From the IMG/VR virus record IMGVR_UViG_3300042507_004106: 64,000 nucleotides of DNA; one strand, given 5' to 3'. A program made the translations under genes and the position numbers. The stretch is from a virus. Taxonomy: Duplodnaviria > Caudoviricetes. Positions 5,870 through 15,086 of this stretch are shown here, one piece after another. Below the pieces are notes generated by a model. It did not search any database, was not told the origin of the DNA, and saw only the letters and a list, made by a program, of their open reading frames with translations. Positions within the stretch are counted from its first letter, which is position 1. Every line of letters starts with the position of its first letter.

Positions 5870-7546
5870 TTAGACTCCTGGAAGTTGGATACCAGATCCA
5901 CCCATTCGTTTTACTGCTGCTCCAGCCGCTTGAGATTCAGAACCAGTTGATCCTTGTTGGAGTTTGGTTGCCTTTTCAATTCTCTGTAAGCGTCTGTGAG
6001 CCTCTGGATTGATTGGCTCGGGCATTGCACCTTCAACAATATCTTGAATGGTTTCCGAACTCAGCTCCATCATTACATAGAGAGCCTCTTCTAAGGTGTC
6101 TACGTGCCCCTGTGAGAAGAGATAATCAAGAATAATATCATAGGAGTCTTTGAGACCTAACATCGTCTTTGTTCTTGAACTCATCTTGGATTTCACGTCT
6201 GGAGAAGAATACATAGGACCAGATTGTGCTGCTTGACGTTCTTGAGATGCCTTTTGCATTTTTTTCAAATCCTCAATATCTTTTGAAATTGGTCTTGGTG
6301 CAGGCATTGCAGAACCACTCTTTGCAGCAGCAAGAATTGCACGTTGTTGCGAAGTACCAACTTTAGAAATCATAGGTTCGTTTGCCTTTGCCCAAGTTGA
6401 TAAATTCTTGGTTCTATCACCAGTTTGTGCTACAGGTTCTGCTTTTGTTGCTGCTGGTTTAGCAGGTTCTGGTTTTGTTGCTGCTGGTTTAGCAGGTTCT
6501 GGTTTTGTTGCTGCTGGTTTAGCAGGTTCTGGTTTTGTTGCTGCTGGTTTTTGTTGCGCTGCTTTCCTTGCAGCATCTTGCTTTGCTTTTTCTGCTTTAT
6601 GAGTTTCAATATCTTTTTCTATTTGTTTAGAACCTCTTCTTCTAGCATAATCTGCAGTAAGACGGTCTAACTCCTTTTTATCAAATGTTTTTGTATCAAT
6701 AGGAAACCAACCTTTAGGTGTTATAAAACCAGGTCTTCCACCTTTTAATGCAAAATCTCTACCTGTTGCCTCATCAAGCAATTCTCCACTATGATTATCA
6801 ACCATATCAAAATGATCATAACCTACAACTTTACCACCTAAAATTTTAAGGGATTTTTGGCTTGTTGGTTTTGGTTTTGCTGTTGCTGGTAGTTCTGGTA
6901 GTTTTGGTGGTTTAACATTTTTAATAGCATCTGCCGCTTTTTGTGGACTTGGGATATTGTGTGCCGCTTGCCTTGCACTTTGAACAGCTGCACCAACATA
7001 CTCTCTTCCTTTACCACCACTTATAAATTGATCCGCTGCAGCTGCTATACCAGTAGGAACTCCCCACTTACCCAATGTTTGAAGTGCTTTTTTAGCAGGT
7101 TCTTTTGCACCCTTCAATACATTACCTAAAACTTTTCCGCCAAGTCTTGCAGCACCCGAGAGTGCCCCTTTTGCTGCTTGTCTAGCACCTGCACCAAATA
7201 AAGTTCTACCAATTGCAGGAAGCACTGCACGGGCAGCAGCTCCTAAACCCAATCCAACCAAAGGTGCAATTTCATAAAGTTTTTGCATCTGCTCTTCAAT
7301 ATATTCTTCCGAAGATAAATTCTCAACAATCAAATCATCACTAGAATAATGATTAATATCCTCTATAAAAGTTTCATAATCAACATTTGCAAAATATTCA
7401 AGAACCTCAACCGCACTAGATCCATTAGAAATCAAGGTATATGCTATTGATTCAATTATTTGATTTTCTGTTACTTCTACATTTTCATAAATTGAAGCAT
7501 ATGTTTCTTTCAAACTACCAATTTCACCACCAGTAAGTCTAGACAT
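5870..7546 (-). CDS. Late accessory protein, modular, with conserved helical domain (candidate head-packaged polyprotein)
   Basis: TATAAATA at 7579-7572; domain YDIILDYLFSQGHVDTLEEALYVMMELS shared with 7629-8333 and 35201-36103; KPEPAKPAAT repeats. Confidence 0.8.
   Translation of the reverse strand: MSRLTGGEIGSLKETYASIYENVEVTENQIIESIAYTLISNGSSAVEVLEYFANVDYETFIEDINHYSSDDLIVENLSSEEYIEEQMQKLYEIAPLVGLGLGAAARAVLPAIGRTLFGAGARQAAKGALSGAARLGGKVLGNVLKGAKEPAKKALQTLGKWGVPTGIAAAADQFISGGKGREYVGAAVQSARQAAHNIPSPQKAADAIKNVKPPKLPELPATAKPKPTSQKSLKILGGKVVGYDHFDMVDNHSGELLDEATGRDFALKGGRPGFITPKGWFPIDTKTFDKKELDRLTADYARRRGSKQIEKDIETHKAEKAKQDAARKAAQQKPAATKPEPAKPAATKPEPAKPAATKPEPAKPAATKAEPVAQTGDRTKNLSTWAKANEPMISKVGTSQQRAILAAAKSGSAMPAPRPISKDIEDLKKMQKASQERQAAQSGPMYSSPDVKSKMSSRTKTMLGLKDSYDIILDYLFSQGHVDTLEEALYVMMELSSETIQDIVEGAMPEPINPEAHRRLQRIEKATKLQQGSTGSESQAAGAAVKRMGGSGIQLPGV
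6433..6550 (-). repeat. 30-bp coding tandem repeat x4 (KPEPAKPAAT)
   Basis: Plus-strand unit caggttctggttttgttgctgctggtttag starting at 6433, 6463, 6493 and 6523. Confidence 0.95.
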
Positions 7547-7628
7547 TTTTTGTTTTAGTTTCTTATAAAAATATTTATAAAAAAAGAGGGTGGTGAAACC
7601 CTCTTATATACCGGTTTGGAAAGTGATG

Positions 7629-8333
7629 TCAACCTTCAATAATAGACTTTTTCCAAGACTCACTCATATTTGCCATAATAACAAGTGCTGCTTCTTCAGT
7701 ATCAGCATAACCTTCATCAAGAAGGTGTCCTTTGATTACATCAAAAATATCAAAACTAGATTTTTGCAATTTAGATACAGCAGCGATAGCATCTTTCTCA
7801 ACATCTGCAGCACTTTTACCAGCAGATCTTGCCGCTGCTCTTGCTGCTGTTGCTGCTTTCAATTCTGCCGAAGTTAAAGTTCTTGGGGTAAAACCAAGAG
7901 GCTTAGGTGCTTCTGGTTTTGTTTTTGTTGTAGCGGGGGAAGAAGCAGGTCTAGGTGCTGTAGCAGCAGGTCTAGGTGCTGTAGCAGCAGGTCTTGTTGG
8001 TGCTGTAGCAGCAGGTCTTGTTGGTGCTGTAGCAGCAGGTCTTGTTGGTGCTGGTTGTCCAGGTCTCTGAAAAATAGGTGATAGTCCAGGTTGAACTGGC
8101 TTACCACCAACATTAAATCCACCAGGTCCAACAGTAACACCTTTAGGAGGGGGAGTAGTAGAAGGTCTTTTAAAAATAGGAGAAGGTCCAGATTTAACTG
8201 GTTTACCACCAATATTAAATCCACCAGGTCCAATTGTAAGACCTGTAGCTTCATCAATTTGCTCGACTTCTTCTTTTGTAGAGACTATATTATCCCACGC
8301 TTCGGATAAGTTACGAAGATCCTTTGAATCCAT
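7629..8333 (-). CDS. Late accessory protein with internal repeats and C-terminal EGYADT...MANMSE domain
   Basis: TATAAATA at 8361-8354; duplicated (I/V)GPGGFN(I/V)GGKPV..G.SPIF.RP; ends FDIFDVIKGHLLDEGYADTEEAALVIMANMSESWKKSIIEG. Confidence 0.8.
   Translation of the reverse strand: MDSKDLRNLSEAWDNIVSTKEEVEQIDEATGLTIGPGGFNIGGKPVKSGPSPIFKRPSTTPPPKGVTVGPGGFNVGGKPVQPGLSPIFQRPGQPAPTRPAATAPTRPAATAPTRPAATAPRPAATAPRPASSPATTKTKPEAPKPLGFTPRTLTSAELKAATAARAAARSAGKSAADVEKDAIAAVSKLQKSSFDIFDVIKGHLLDEGYADTEEAALVIMANMSESWKKSIIEG
7945..8052 (-). repeat. 21/24-bp coding tandem repeats (ATAPTRPA / ATAPRPA)
   Basis: gcaggtctaggtgctgtagca x2, then gcaggtcttgttggtgctgtagca x2 plus a partial copy. Confidence 0.95.
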
Positions 8334-8374
8334 TTTTACAAATACTTTTTAGTTATTTATAAAAAAAGAGGGTC

Positions 8375-8521
8375 TTAGCGACCCCCCATCCATTCTTTAA
8401 TGTAATCATAATCACCGAACAGAAATTCATCAGATTCTGCTGCTTCTTTATATGCGTTCAGGATTTCCTGTTCGCACCATTCATCATAATTGGAATCCTG
8501 AGAAAGTATCTTTGGTAACAT
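8375..8521 (-). CDS. Small acidic hypothetical protein (48 aa)
   Basis: MLPKILSQDSNYDEWCEQEILNAYKEAAESDEFLFGDYDYIKEWMGGR; the 114-aa track ORF is an upstream extension inside nrdB. Confidence 0.65.
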   Translation of the reverse strand: MLPKILSQDSNYDEWCEQEILNAYKEAAESDEFLFGDYDYIKEWMGGR

Positions 8522-9668
8522 CTTGTTTAATTCCTCCGACAATATAGGACTCAACTTCCGTTTCCTGGGGTGCGACTTGAAGTCCCTTAGAGGAAATCCA
8601 ATGTTCTGTCCATGGAAGGGGATTATTCTTTGCTGGAATATCATAAAGTGGACGAAGACCGATTGCTCGCATTCTGCGATTTGCAATCCACTCAACATAC
8701 TGCTGTAGAAGTTTATCATTCAGTCCGATCATCGATCCATCTTTGAACAGGTACTCTGCCCAAAGTTTCTCTTGATTGACTGCAGTTTCAAAGGTCTTAT
8801 AGAACCATTGCTCTTCTTCTTTAGCAATTTGAACCATTTCTGGATCGTCACCTTCCTTCCATTTGTTTAGAATATTCTGAGTAATAACCAGATGCTGGTT
8901 CTCATCACGGGCGATCAGTGAGATGATTTTTGCACTTCCTTCCATAAGCTTGAGTTCGCCAAAAGCAAAACTGCAAGCGAAACTGACATAAAAGCGAATA
9001 CCTTCAAGAATATTAACGTTTGCAACTGCTCTAAACAGTTTTCGTTTGAGTTCATATCGTGCCTCTTTTGCGTATGGAACTTGTTCTAATGCATGAACCC
9101 ATTCATTAGATGTACCATAATGTTGAGCACCGTTAATGAAGTCATTGTATGCTTGAGTTACACTCACAGCACGTTCTAAAATACGATCATCTTTGAGAAT
9201 AGTATCAAAAACTTCAGATGGGTCTGAATAAACGTTTTTGATAATGTAAGTGTATGAGCGGCTATGGATCATCTCCATAAACTCCCATACTTTCATACAC
9301 GCCTCCAGTTCGGGAAGGGAGCAGTATGGTGCAAACGCCATACCAGGACCGCGACCCTGAACAGAATCAAGCATAACCTGATACTTCAGGTTACTTGTGA
9401 AGATGTGCTTTTGTTCAGAACGAAGAGATTGATAATCTCCCCTGTCCTTTTGAAGGGAGACCTCTTCAGGTCTCCAGAAGTATCCTAGTTGTTGTGTTGT
9501 TAGTTTGTCGAAGATTGGGTATTTGTAAGAATCATATCTTTGAATTCCTAATGGTTGACCAAAAAACATAGGTTGCTTTTTGGTATCTACTTCTTGGGAA
9601 TTGAAAACGGTCATTGACTCGACCATTGGTTTCTCCTCCGAATTTGTTTTAAATCTTACAAGACTCAC
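8484..9668 (-). CDS. nrdB: Ribonucleotide reductase class Ia beta subunit
   Basis: FWRPEEV, DSVQGR, EMIHSRSY, LEGIRFYVSFA, RDENQH di-iron ligands; C-terminal PQETEVESY. Confidence 0.98.
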   Translation of the reverse strand: MSLVRFKTNSEEKPMVESMTVFNSQEVDTKKQPMFFGQPLGIQRYDSYKYPIFDKLTTQQLGYFWRPEEVSLQKDRGDYQSLRSEQKHIFTSNLKYQVMLDSVQGRGPGMAFAPYCSLPELEACMKVWEFMEMIHSRSYTYIIKNVYSDPSEVFDTILKDDRILERAVSVTQAYNDFINGAQHYGTSNEWVHALEQVPYAKEARYELKRKLFRAVANVNILEGIRFYVSFACSFAFGELKLMEGSAKIISLIARDENQHLVITQNILNKWKEGDDPEMVQIAKEEEQWFYKTFETAVNQEKLWAEYLFKDGSMIGLNDKLLQQYVEWIANRRMRAIGLRPLYDIPAKNNPLPWTEHWISSKGLQVAPQETEVESYIVGGIKQDVTKDTFSGFQL

Positions 9669-11949
9669 AATCTTCCTCCTCTGATTCTAGAATTTGATCA
9701 ATTAACGAATCCAATTTTTGTATTTTATCATCACTTACTTCGTCAGATTTGTTATCATAAGTGTTTTGATAATAGCTGGTTTTCCAGCCGTACTTATATG
9801 TAGTCAAAAGATCTTGAGCCATTACTGAAGTTGGAACTTCATTGTCTGGATAATTTTCAGGATTATAAGACCAGTTTCCAGAGATAGCTTGGTCAAAGAA
9901 CTTTTGCATTACCGCAACAATGTTAATATAACCACGGTTGCTAGACATATCCCAAAGAAGCGTATAGTTGTTCTTGAGAGTTTGATATTGTGGGACAATT
10001 TGCTTAAGAGGTCCCTTCTTCGATTTTTTAACGGACAAGTATCCTCTAGGAGGTTCGATTCCATTGGTAGCGTTTGACACAACGGAACTGCTCTCTGAAG
10101 GCATTTGTGCGGACAGTGTTGAGTTCCTAACTCCATACTGTTTAACCTGTTCTCTAAGACCTTCCCAATCATACTTCAATTCGTTTGGAACAATTTCATC
10201 AACATCCTTTTTGTATGTATCAATCGGAAGAATACCCTGAGAATACTTAGTACGGTGCGAATATTCGCAAGCACCTTTTTCTTTTGCAAGATTTACAGTT
10301 GCTTGGATAAGGTAATACTGGAATGCCTCAGTCAAATCATGGACCAGTTTCCAGGCGCGAGGATCATCATAGTGTTCACCGTGCTTGGCGAGATAATGAG
10401 CAAGACCAATATACCCAATACCAAGCGAACGACGTGCTCTGGTGGCGATTTCCGCTGCTCTAACGGGATATCCTTGGAAGTCAATCAATTCGTCTAGAGA
10501 GCGCACTGAGAGGTCACAGAGGGTCTCCAATTCATCAAGAGACTTCAACTTACCAATGTTGATAGCACTCAAAATACAAAGGGCAATTTCCCCATCAGCA
10601 TCATCAATATGTTGGAGTGGTTTAGTTGGCAGAGTAATTTCTTGACAGAGATTACTCATCTCAACTTTATCCAAGAAAGATGAGTGAGAGTTGCAGTGGT
10701 CGATGTTCATAATATAAACACGACCAGTCTCAGCACGTTCTTTCAGAAGGTCCAGAATGAGTTCTTGAGCTCCGATAGTCTTTCTTGGAATAGACTCATC
10801 TCGTTCATAACGTACATATAGATCGTCAAATCTATCAGTGCCAAAAGCATCATAAAGACCAGGAACTGAGTGGGGGGAGAAGAGTGAAATCTCTTGGTTG
10901 TGGATGAATCGCTCATAGAAGAGTTTAGAGATTTGGATACTGTAGTCTAACTTACGAACACGGTTATCTTCAGTTCCTTTATTATTTTTTAGTACTAGGA
11001 TATCTTCGATTTCTTGGTGCCAGATTGGGAAGTGGACAGTTGCTGATCCACCACGGATGCCATTTTGAGTACAGCATCGGACAGTTGCTTCAAACTTCTT
11101 GAGGAATGGGACAACACCTGTGTGCTGAACTTCTCCGCCTCTGATTTTGCTGTTGATACCACGGATTCTGCCTGCGTTGATACCAATCCCCGCCCTTTGT
11201 GCAACATAACGGCCAATTGCCATATCACTAGTAAAGATACTATCGAGGGTGTCATCAACATCAACAAGGACACAGCTAGCATATTGTCTAAGTGGCGTTC
11301 GCACTCCCGCCATGATGGGGGTTGGAATGTTGATTTTGTGCTTTGAGATTGCGTCATAATACCTCTTAACGTAATCTAAACGTGTTTCTTTAGGATATTT
11401 GGAGAAAATAGTTGCCGCGATCAAGAGATACATGAATTGAGGAGTTTCATAGAGTTCTCCAGAACTTCTATCTTGTACAAGATACTTGTCTACGACTTGT
11501 CTAAGACCAGCATAAGTGAACAAGTAATCACGACCATGATCAATAAAAGAATCAAGTTTTTCAAACTCTTCATCGGAGTAGAGAGAAAGAATTTCAGGAT
11601 CGTAGACTCCTTTCTCAACACAATTGATCGTATGATCTTTCACAGATGGTGTTTCATGCATACGCCCATAGATCTGCTTACGGATTGCAAACAGAAGTAA
11701 ACGTGCTGCAACGAATTGATAATTTGGATGCTCCAGGTCAATCAAGTCAGAAGCAGAACGAATCAAGATTTCCTGAATCTCTGCGGTTGTAATACCATCA
11801 TAGAATTGGATTCCAGACTGCATCTCAACTTGACTTGCAGACACACCAGCAAGATCTTTACACGCTTCTTCTACCATTACATGAAGTTTATTTAACTCCA
11901 ATACTTCGGTAGCACCATTTCTTTTAACGACTTTTGTTCCGTTGCTCAT
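9649..11949 (-). CDS. nrdA: Ribonucleotide reductase class Ia alpha subunit
   Basis: N-terminal ATP cone (VVKRNG), ASCVL, SNLCQEI, CILSA, MPSESSS..SNATNGIEP, C-terminal CESCKI. Confidence 0.98.
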   Translation of the reverse strand: MSNGTKVVKRNGATEVLELNKLHVMVEEACKDLAGVSASQVEMQSGIQFYDGITTAEIQEILIRSASDLIDLEHPNYQFVAARLLLFAIRKQIYGRMHETPSVKDHTINCVEKGVYDPEILSLYSDEEFEKLDSFIDHGRDYLFTYAGLRQVVDKYLVQDRSSGELYETPQFMYLLIAATIFSKYPKETRLDYVKRYYDAISKHKINIPTPIMAGVRTPLRQYASCVLVDVDDTLDSIFTSDMAIGRYVAQRAGIGINAGRIRGINSKIRGGEVQHTGVVPFLKKFEATVRCCTQNGIRGGSATVHFPIWHQEIEDILVLKNNKGTEDNRVRKLDYSIQISKLFYERFIHNQEISLFSPHSVPGLYDAFGTDRFDDLYVRYERDESIPRKTIGAQELILDLLKERAETGRVYIMNIDHCNSHSSFLDKVEMSNLCQEITLPTKPLQHIDDADGEIALCILSAINIGKLKSLDELETLCDLSVRSLDELIDFQGYPVRAAEIATRARRSLGIGYIGLAHYLAKHGEHYDDPRAWKLVHDLTEAFQYYLIQATVNLAKEKGACEYSHRTKYSQGILPIDTYKKDVDEIVPNELKYDWEGLREQVKQYGVRNSTLSAQMPSESSSVVSNATNGIEPPRGYLSVKKSKKGPLKQIVPQYQTLKNNYTLLWDMSSNRGYINIVAVMQKFFDQAISGNWSYNPENYPDNEVPTSVMAQDLLTTYKYGWKTSYYQNTYDNKSDEVSDDKIQKLDSLIDQILESEEEDCESCKI

Positions 11950-12917
11950 ATTTTCTTCCAGTTGTTAAACTTAATTTTTGCTTCTAAACCTGAGTAGGTA
12001 TTTGATTTTAACACATCCATAACGTTAAGTCCAGCCAAAACCATATCATTAATATCTTTTTGCTGGATACTTGTTGGCCAAATAATCACTTTGTCGCCTC
12101 TATCGATGGTTTTTGATATTCGGTTGACGATTTCTCGATTGCGAGGTTCGTTATCAAAAACGTAAATATAATCGCGCCAATTAAACGACCTAATATCAAC
12201 GTCGGACCCACACATAGCAACAGCATTTTGTACAAACGTGGAGTCGAAGGGTCCCTCAACAATGTAAATGGGTTCCGAAGAATCCACTTGGTCCAGTCCA
12301 TAAAGTTTGGGCGATTCATCAGAAAGCATCACAGTGATATATTTAACAGAGTTTGGTCCGAGTGCTCTTCCTTGGAAACCAATCAAATTACTTTCACTAT
12401 CATACATTGGTATAATAATGCGACTCTCATCTTTGCTAACGGCATCAAAAGTAAGTTTTTGCGTGTTTGTCCACTCTTTGAATTTGTTAGCGAAATAAAA
12501 CTTTTCGGGATTTAGTTTTCTCTTTTCTAGATATTCTCTAGCAACTGGAACTTCAGATGCTTTGGGTAAATCCAGTTTCTTCTTAAAGACTGGTTTTACA
12601 AACTCAAACTTAGGTTCTTCAACCACAAAGTTTCTACCCGTATGACCCTCTTTAAACTTCTCTAACGTGTATTGCTTATGTAGTGTTGGATCTATCTCTT
12701 TGAGAAAGTTATTGAAGGATAAACTTGCCCCACAATTATGACACTTAAAATTTGTATTATTCTTCACAGAATATAAGTATCCTCTAGTTTTATTCTTATT
12801 TTTTTGAGAGTCACCGCAAATGGGACAGCGGAAGTTGTAGAGATCCGATTTAACCCTTTTAAATTTTTGCAGTCGTGACGAAACTAGTCCAATATACTTG
12901 GAGTCAATCAGATCCAT
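11946..12917 (-). CDS. gp61: DNA primase
   Basis: Zn finger NFRCPICGDS..CHNCG, TOPRIM IVEGPFDS, FDNEPRN, KDIND. Confidence 0.96.
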   Translation of the reverse strand: MDLIDSKYIGLVSSRLQKFKRVKSDLYNFRCPICGDSQKNKNKTRGYLYSVKNNTNFKCHNCGASLSFNNFLKEIDPTLHKQYTLEKFKEGHTGRNFVVEEPKFEFVKPVFKKKLDLPKASEVPVAREYLEKRKLNPEKFYFANKFKEWTNTQKLTFDAVSKDESRIIIPMYDSESNLIGFQGRALGPNSVKYITVMLSDESPKLYGLDQVDSSEPIYIVEGPFDSTFVQNAVAMCGSDVDIRSFNWRDYIYVFDNEPRNREIVNRISKTIDRGDKVIIWPTSIQQKDINDMVLAGLNVMDVLKSNTYSGLEAKIKFNNWKKI

Positions 12918-12930
12918 TATGAAGAGGTTA

Positions 12931-13344
12931 TTACTTCGTGGTCTCTATCTTAGCAGGTTGTGTATCAGGAGTCAAGATATCTACTACCATATGGGACTGA
13001 GAAACTGCAAATGATAATAGAATTGCTGCACCTGCGATAATCCAACGAAACTTAACAAGATCTTCCACTTTTGTTTCCAACGATTGAATTTTCTCAGATA
13101 CCTGCCTATGTTGTTCTTTATTTTCATCTTTCATCTCATGAATCATATTTGAAATCATCTCATCCGTCTTACCACAATGCTCTATCTTCTCTTCGTGGAC
13201 TGCCAACATCTTACTGATATTTTGACTAGTCTTACCCATTATTTGTATTGCTTCGTCAATTTTTCTCATCATAACCTCATATGATGATAGACGCTCTTCT
13301 AGTACGGCAATTTTAGTGTCGGATGAAGTGTTTTGGTTAAACAT
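12931..13344 (-). CDS. Coiled-coil protein with C-terminal transmembrane helix
   Basis: Heptad-rich body, WIIAGAAILLSFAVS; late-type AATAAATA at 13402-13395. Confidence 0.75.
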   Translation of the reverse strand: MFNQNTSSDTKIAVLEERLSSYEVMMRKIDEAIQIMGKTSQNISKMLAVHEEKIEHCGKTDEMISNMIHEMKDENKEQHRQVSEKIQSLETKVEDLVKFRWIIAGAAILLSFAVSQSHMVVDILTPDTQPAKIETTK

Positions 13345-13406
13345 GATTGGAAGATATGAGATTTGCTACATAAATCACATAACAAATCTATTAATATTTA
13401 TTTTTA

Positions 13407-13622
13407 TTATTTTTGCTTAAGATATTGCAACCACCACTTACGGGAATTTTTACCACCCTTAGCATAAGTCCTTTTTTTATCTTTTTTCCACACAGGAGGA
13501 GTACCAGTTTGAATATTATATCCAAGAGACTTTTCACCATTACCAACTACATTGGCAATTGCTCCTTCACCTTCCTCTTTAATAATGTGAATGATTTGAA
13601 TTAGTTTATCTACCTTATCCAT
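13407..13622 (-). CDS. Small hypothetical protein, basic C-terminus
   Basis: Start MDKVDKL overlaps the upstream stop (TGATG); IIKE|EG junction. Confidence 0.7.
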   Translation of the reverse strand: MDKVDKLIQIIHIIKEEGEGAIANVVGNGEKSLGYNIQTGTPPVWKKDKKRTYAKGGKNSRKWWLQYLKQK

Positions 13623-13993
13623 CAGATTGCTTGTAGTTGTTTTAAACACTCTTCATCAATATTGACATCATGCATTTGAGTTCTTGGATATTCTGGAAAT
13701 CTATTTAAGAATACTAAGAAACTTTTTATTGCCGACCACAAATCCCTGTCCAAGTTGTAAAATAACAAAGGAACTGCTGCGTCATTAAAAACGTTAAAAA
13801 GTATAGTTAAGTGATTCAAAATAAGGTGAGTTTTAAGCTCACCCGTATTTTTATATCTTTTTAACAGTCTCTTGACATAGCGTATTCTTTTCAAATCAGA
13901 TTCAAAATCCTCCATTGTTAATGCTTGAGGATTATCATAGAATTTTATAGCAAATAACAAATAGTTATCTTCATTCAATTCATCAAATCTCAT
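13622..13993 (-). CDS. Conserved T4-like hypothetical protein
   Basis: MRFDELNEDNYLLFAIKFYDNP...LILNHLTILFNVF; in a co-oriented late operon. Confidence 0.8.
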   Translation of the reverse strand: MRFDELNEDNYLLFAIKFYDNPQALTMEDFESDLKRIRYVKRLLKRYKNTGELKTHLILNHLTILFNVFNDAAVPLLFYNLDRDLWSAIKSFLVFLNRFPEYPRTQMHDVNIDEECLKQLQAI

Positions 13994-14002
13994 ACCATAT
14001 TA

Positions 14003-14770
14003 TCAGCTGTCTGGGAATAATGTATCATCAGGAGCATCAGTTGTGGTTAAAATTCCACCAGCAACTAATACTTCAGATTTAACTCTTAAGTTTCCGTGAG
14101 TATCAATATAAGTCATAATTCCAACCCACCCACTGTGAGCAACAGCATATTTAGTAGTTCTAGCAACTCCAACTTCAATCTGGTCTACACCAAAGACATC
14201 TCTAAAATATCCATCAGTCTTTCTTACAAATTGAATCACATCTCCGGTGGAAATTCCAACAGAGGTTGTCGATGCAAGACTTACAGTTGTTGCACCAATT
14301 GTAGAAATGACTAAGTTGCTTCCGCCATTTACAATTGCGTCACCTACAATTACATCTTTAGTTCCGACGACAACTGGAATAACATTAGTACCAATGCCAG
14401 CGTTAGTAGTGGCAGTTCCAGTTACACCAAAATTTTTGAAAGTAGCAACAGCATCATTTCTGTTGTTAAAACTACTATCACCTAAAGTATAAATTGGTTG
14501 CTCGTTAATGTTATATGCAACCGCAGGAATTGTAGTAATTCCAGTAATAAAATTAGCAGTGCTAGCTAATGAAATAGTTGTGGAAGTAAATCCAGTAATA
14601 ACTGCTTGACCGTAAGTGCCTCCAGTTCCTACACTGATAACATCGCCCGTTCGAATACCAGCAGAAGTCCAAGTTACGACTCCAACAACTCCAGTACCAA
14701 TTCCAGTAGAAAGATTTACTGCGATTGTTCCAAGACTATAAACCGAATCGTTATTGCCCCAAAGAGACAT
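14003..14770 (-). CDS. Probable virion structural protein
   Basis: TATAAATA at 14809-14802; Thr/Gly/Val-rich beta composition; C-terminal AHSGWVG..RVKSEVLVA. Confidence 0.65.
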   Translation of the reverse strand: MSLWGNNDSVYSLGTIAVNLSTGIGTGVVGVVTWTSAGIRTGDVISVGTGGTYGQAVITGFTSTTISLASTANFITGITTIPAVAYNINEQPIYTLGDSSFNNRNDAVATFKNFGVTGTATTNAGIGTNVIPVVVGTKDVIVGDAIVNGGSNLVISTIGATTVSLASTTSVGISTGDVIQFVRKTDGYFRDVFGVDQIEVGVARTTKYAVAHSGWVGIMTYIDTHGNLRVKSEVLVAGGILTTTDAPDDTLFPDS

Positions 14771-14861
14771 GTTTCCTTACCTATGAATTCTTTTCTAGAG
14801 ATATTTATAAAAAAAGGAGACCTCATAAAAAGATCTCCTAGTTATATTAAAGATTTAACTC

Positions 14862-15047
14862 TCAGGGAGTTAAATCTTTAGCACCTCTTTTCTTTAGATG
14901 TTGTTGTGCTTGAATGAGAAGGAATGAAACAATTCCATTTGCTTTAACTTTTGGATTAGCACCTGCCGCTTCTGAAATAAGAAGCAAAATAGTTGCGATT
15001 AATCCTTCATTTGCGGCAACCCAAGCCCAGATAGCTGCGAGTGTCAT
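14862..15047 (-). CDS. Small membrane protein (holin-like)
   Basis: 61 aa, two hydrophobic stretches separated by ANPKVKAN, basic C-terminus. Confidence 0.6.
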   Translation of the reverse strand: MTLAAIWAWVAANEGLIATILLLISEAAGANPKVKANGIVSFLLIQAQQHLKKRGAKDLTP

Positions 15048-15086
15048 GATGTCCTCCGTGTGAAGAGTATCCTGTGCTATTTAGGA

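Noticed and set aside
6433-8052. 30-bp and 21/24-bp direct repeats as a possible CRISPR array
   Set aside because: The repeats are contiguous with no spacers, have lengths in multiples of 3, and encode Pro/Ala-rich linkers.
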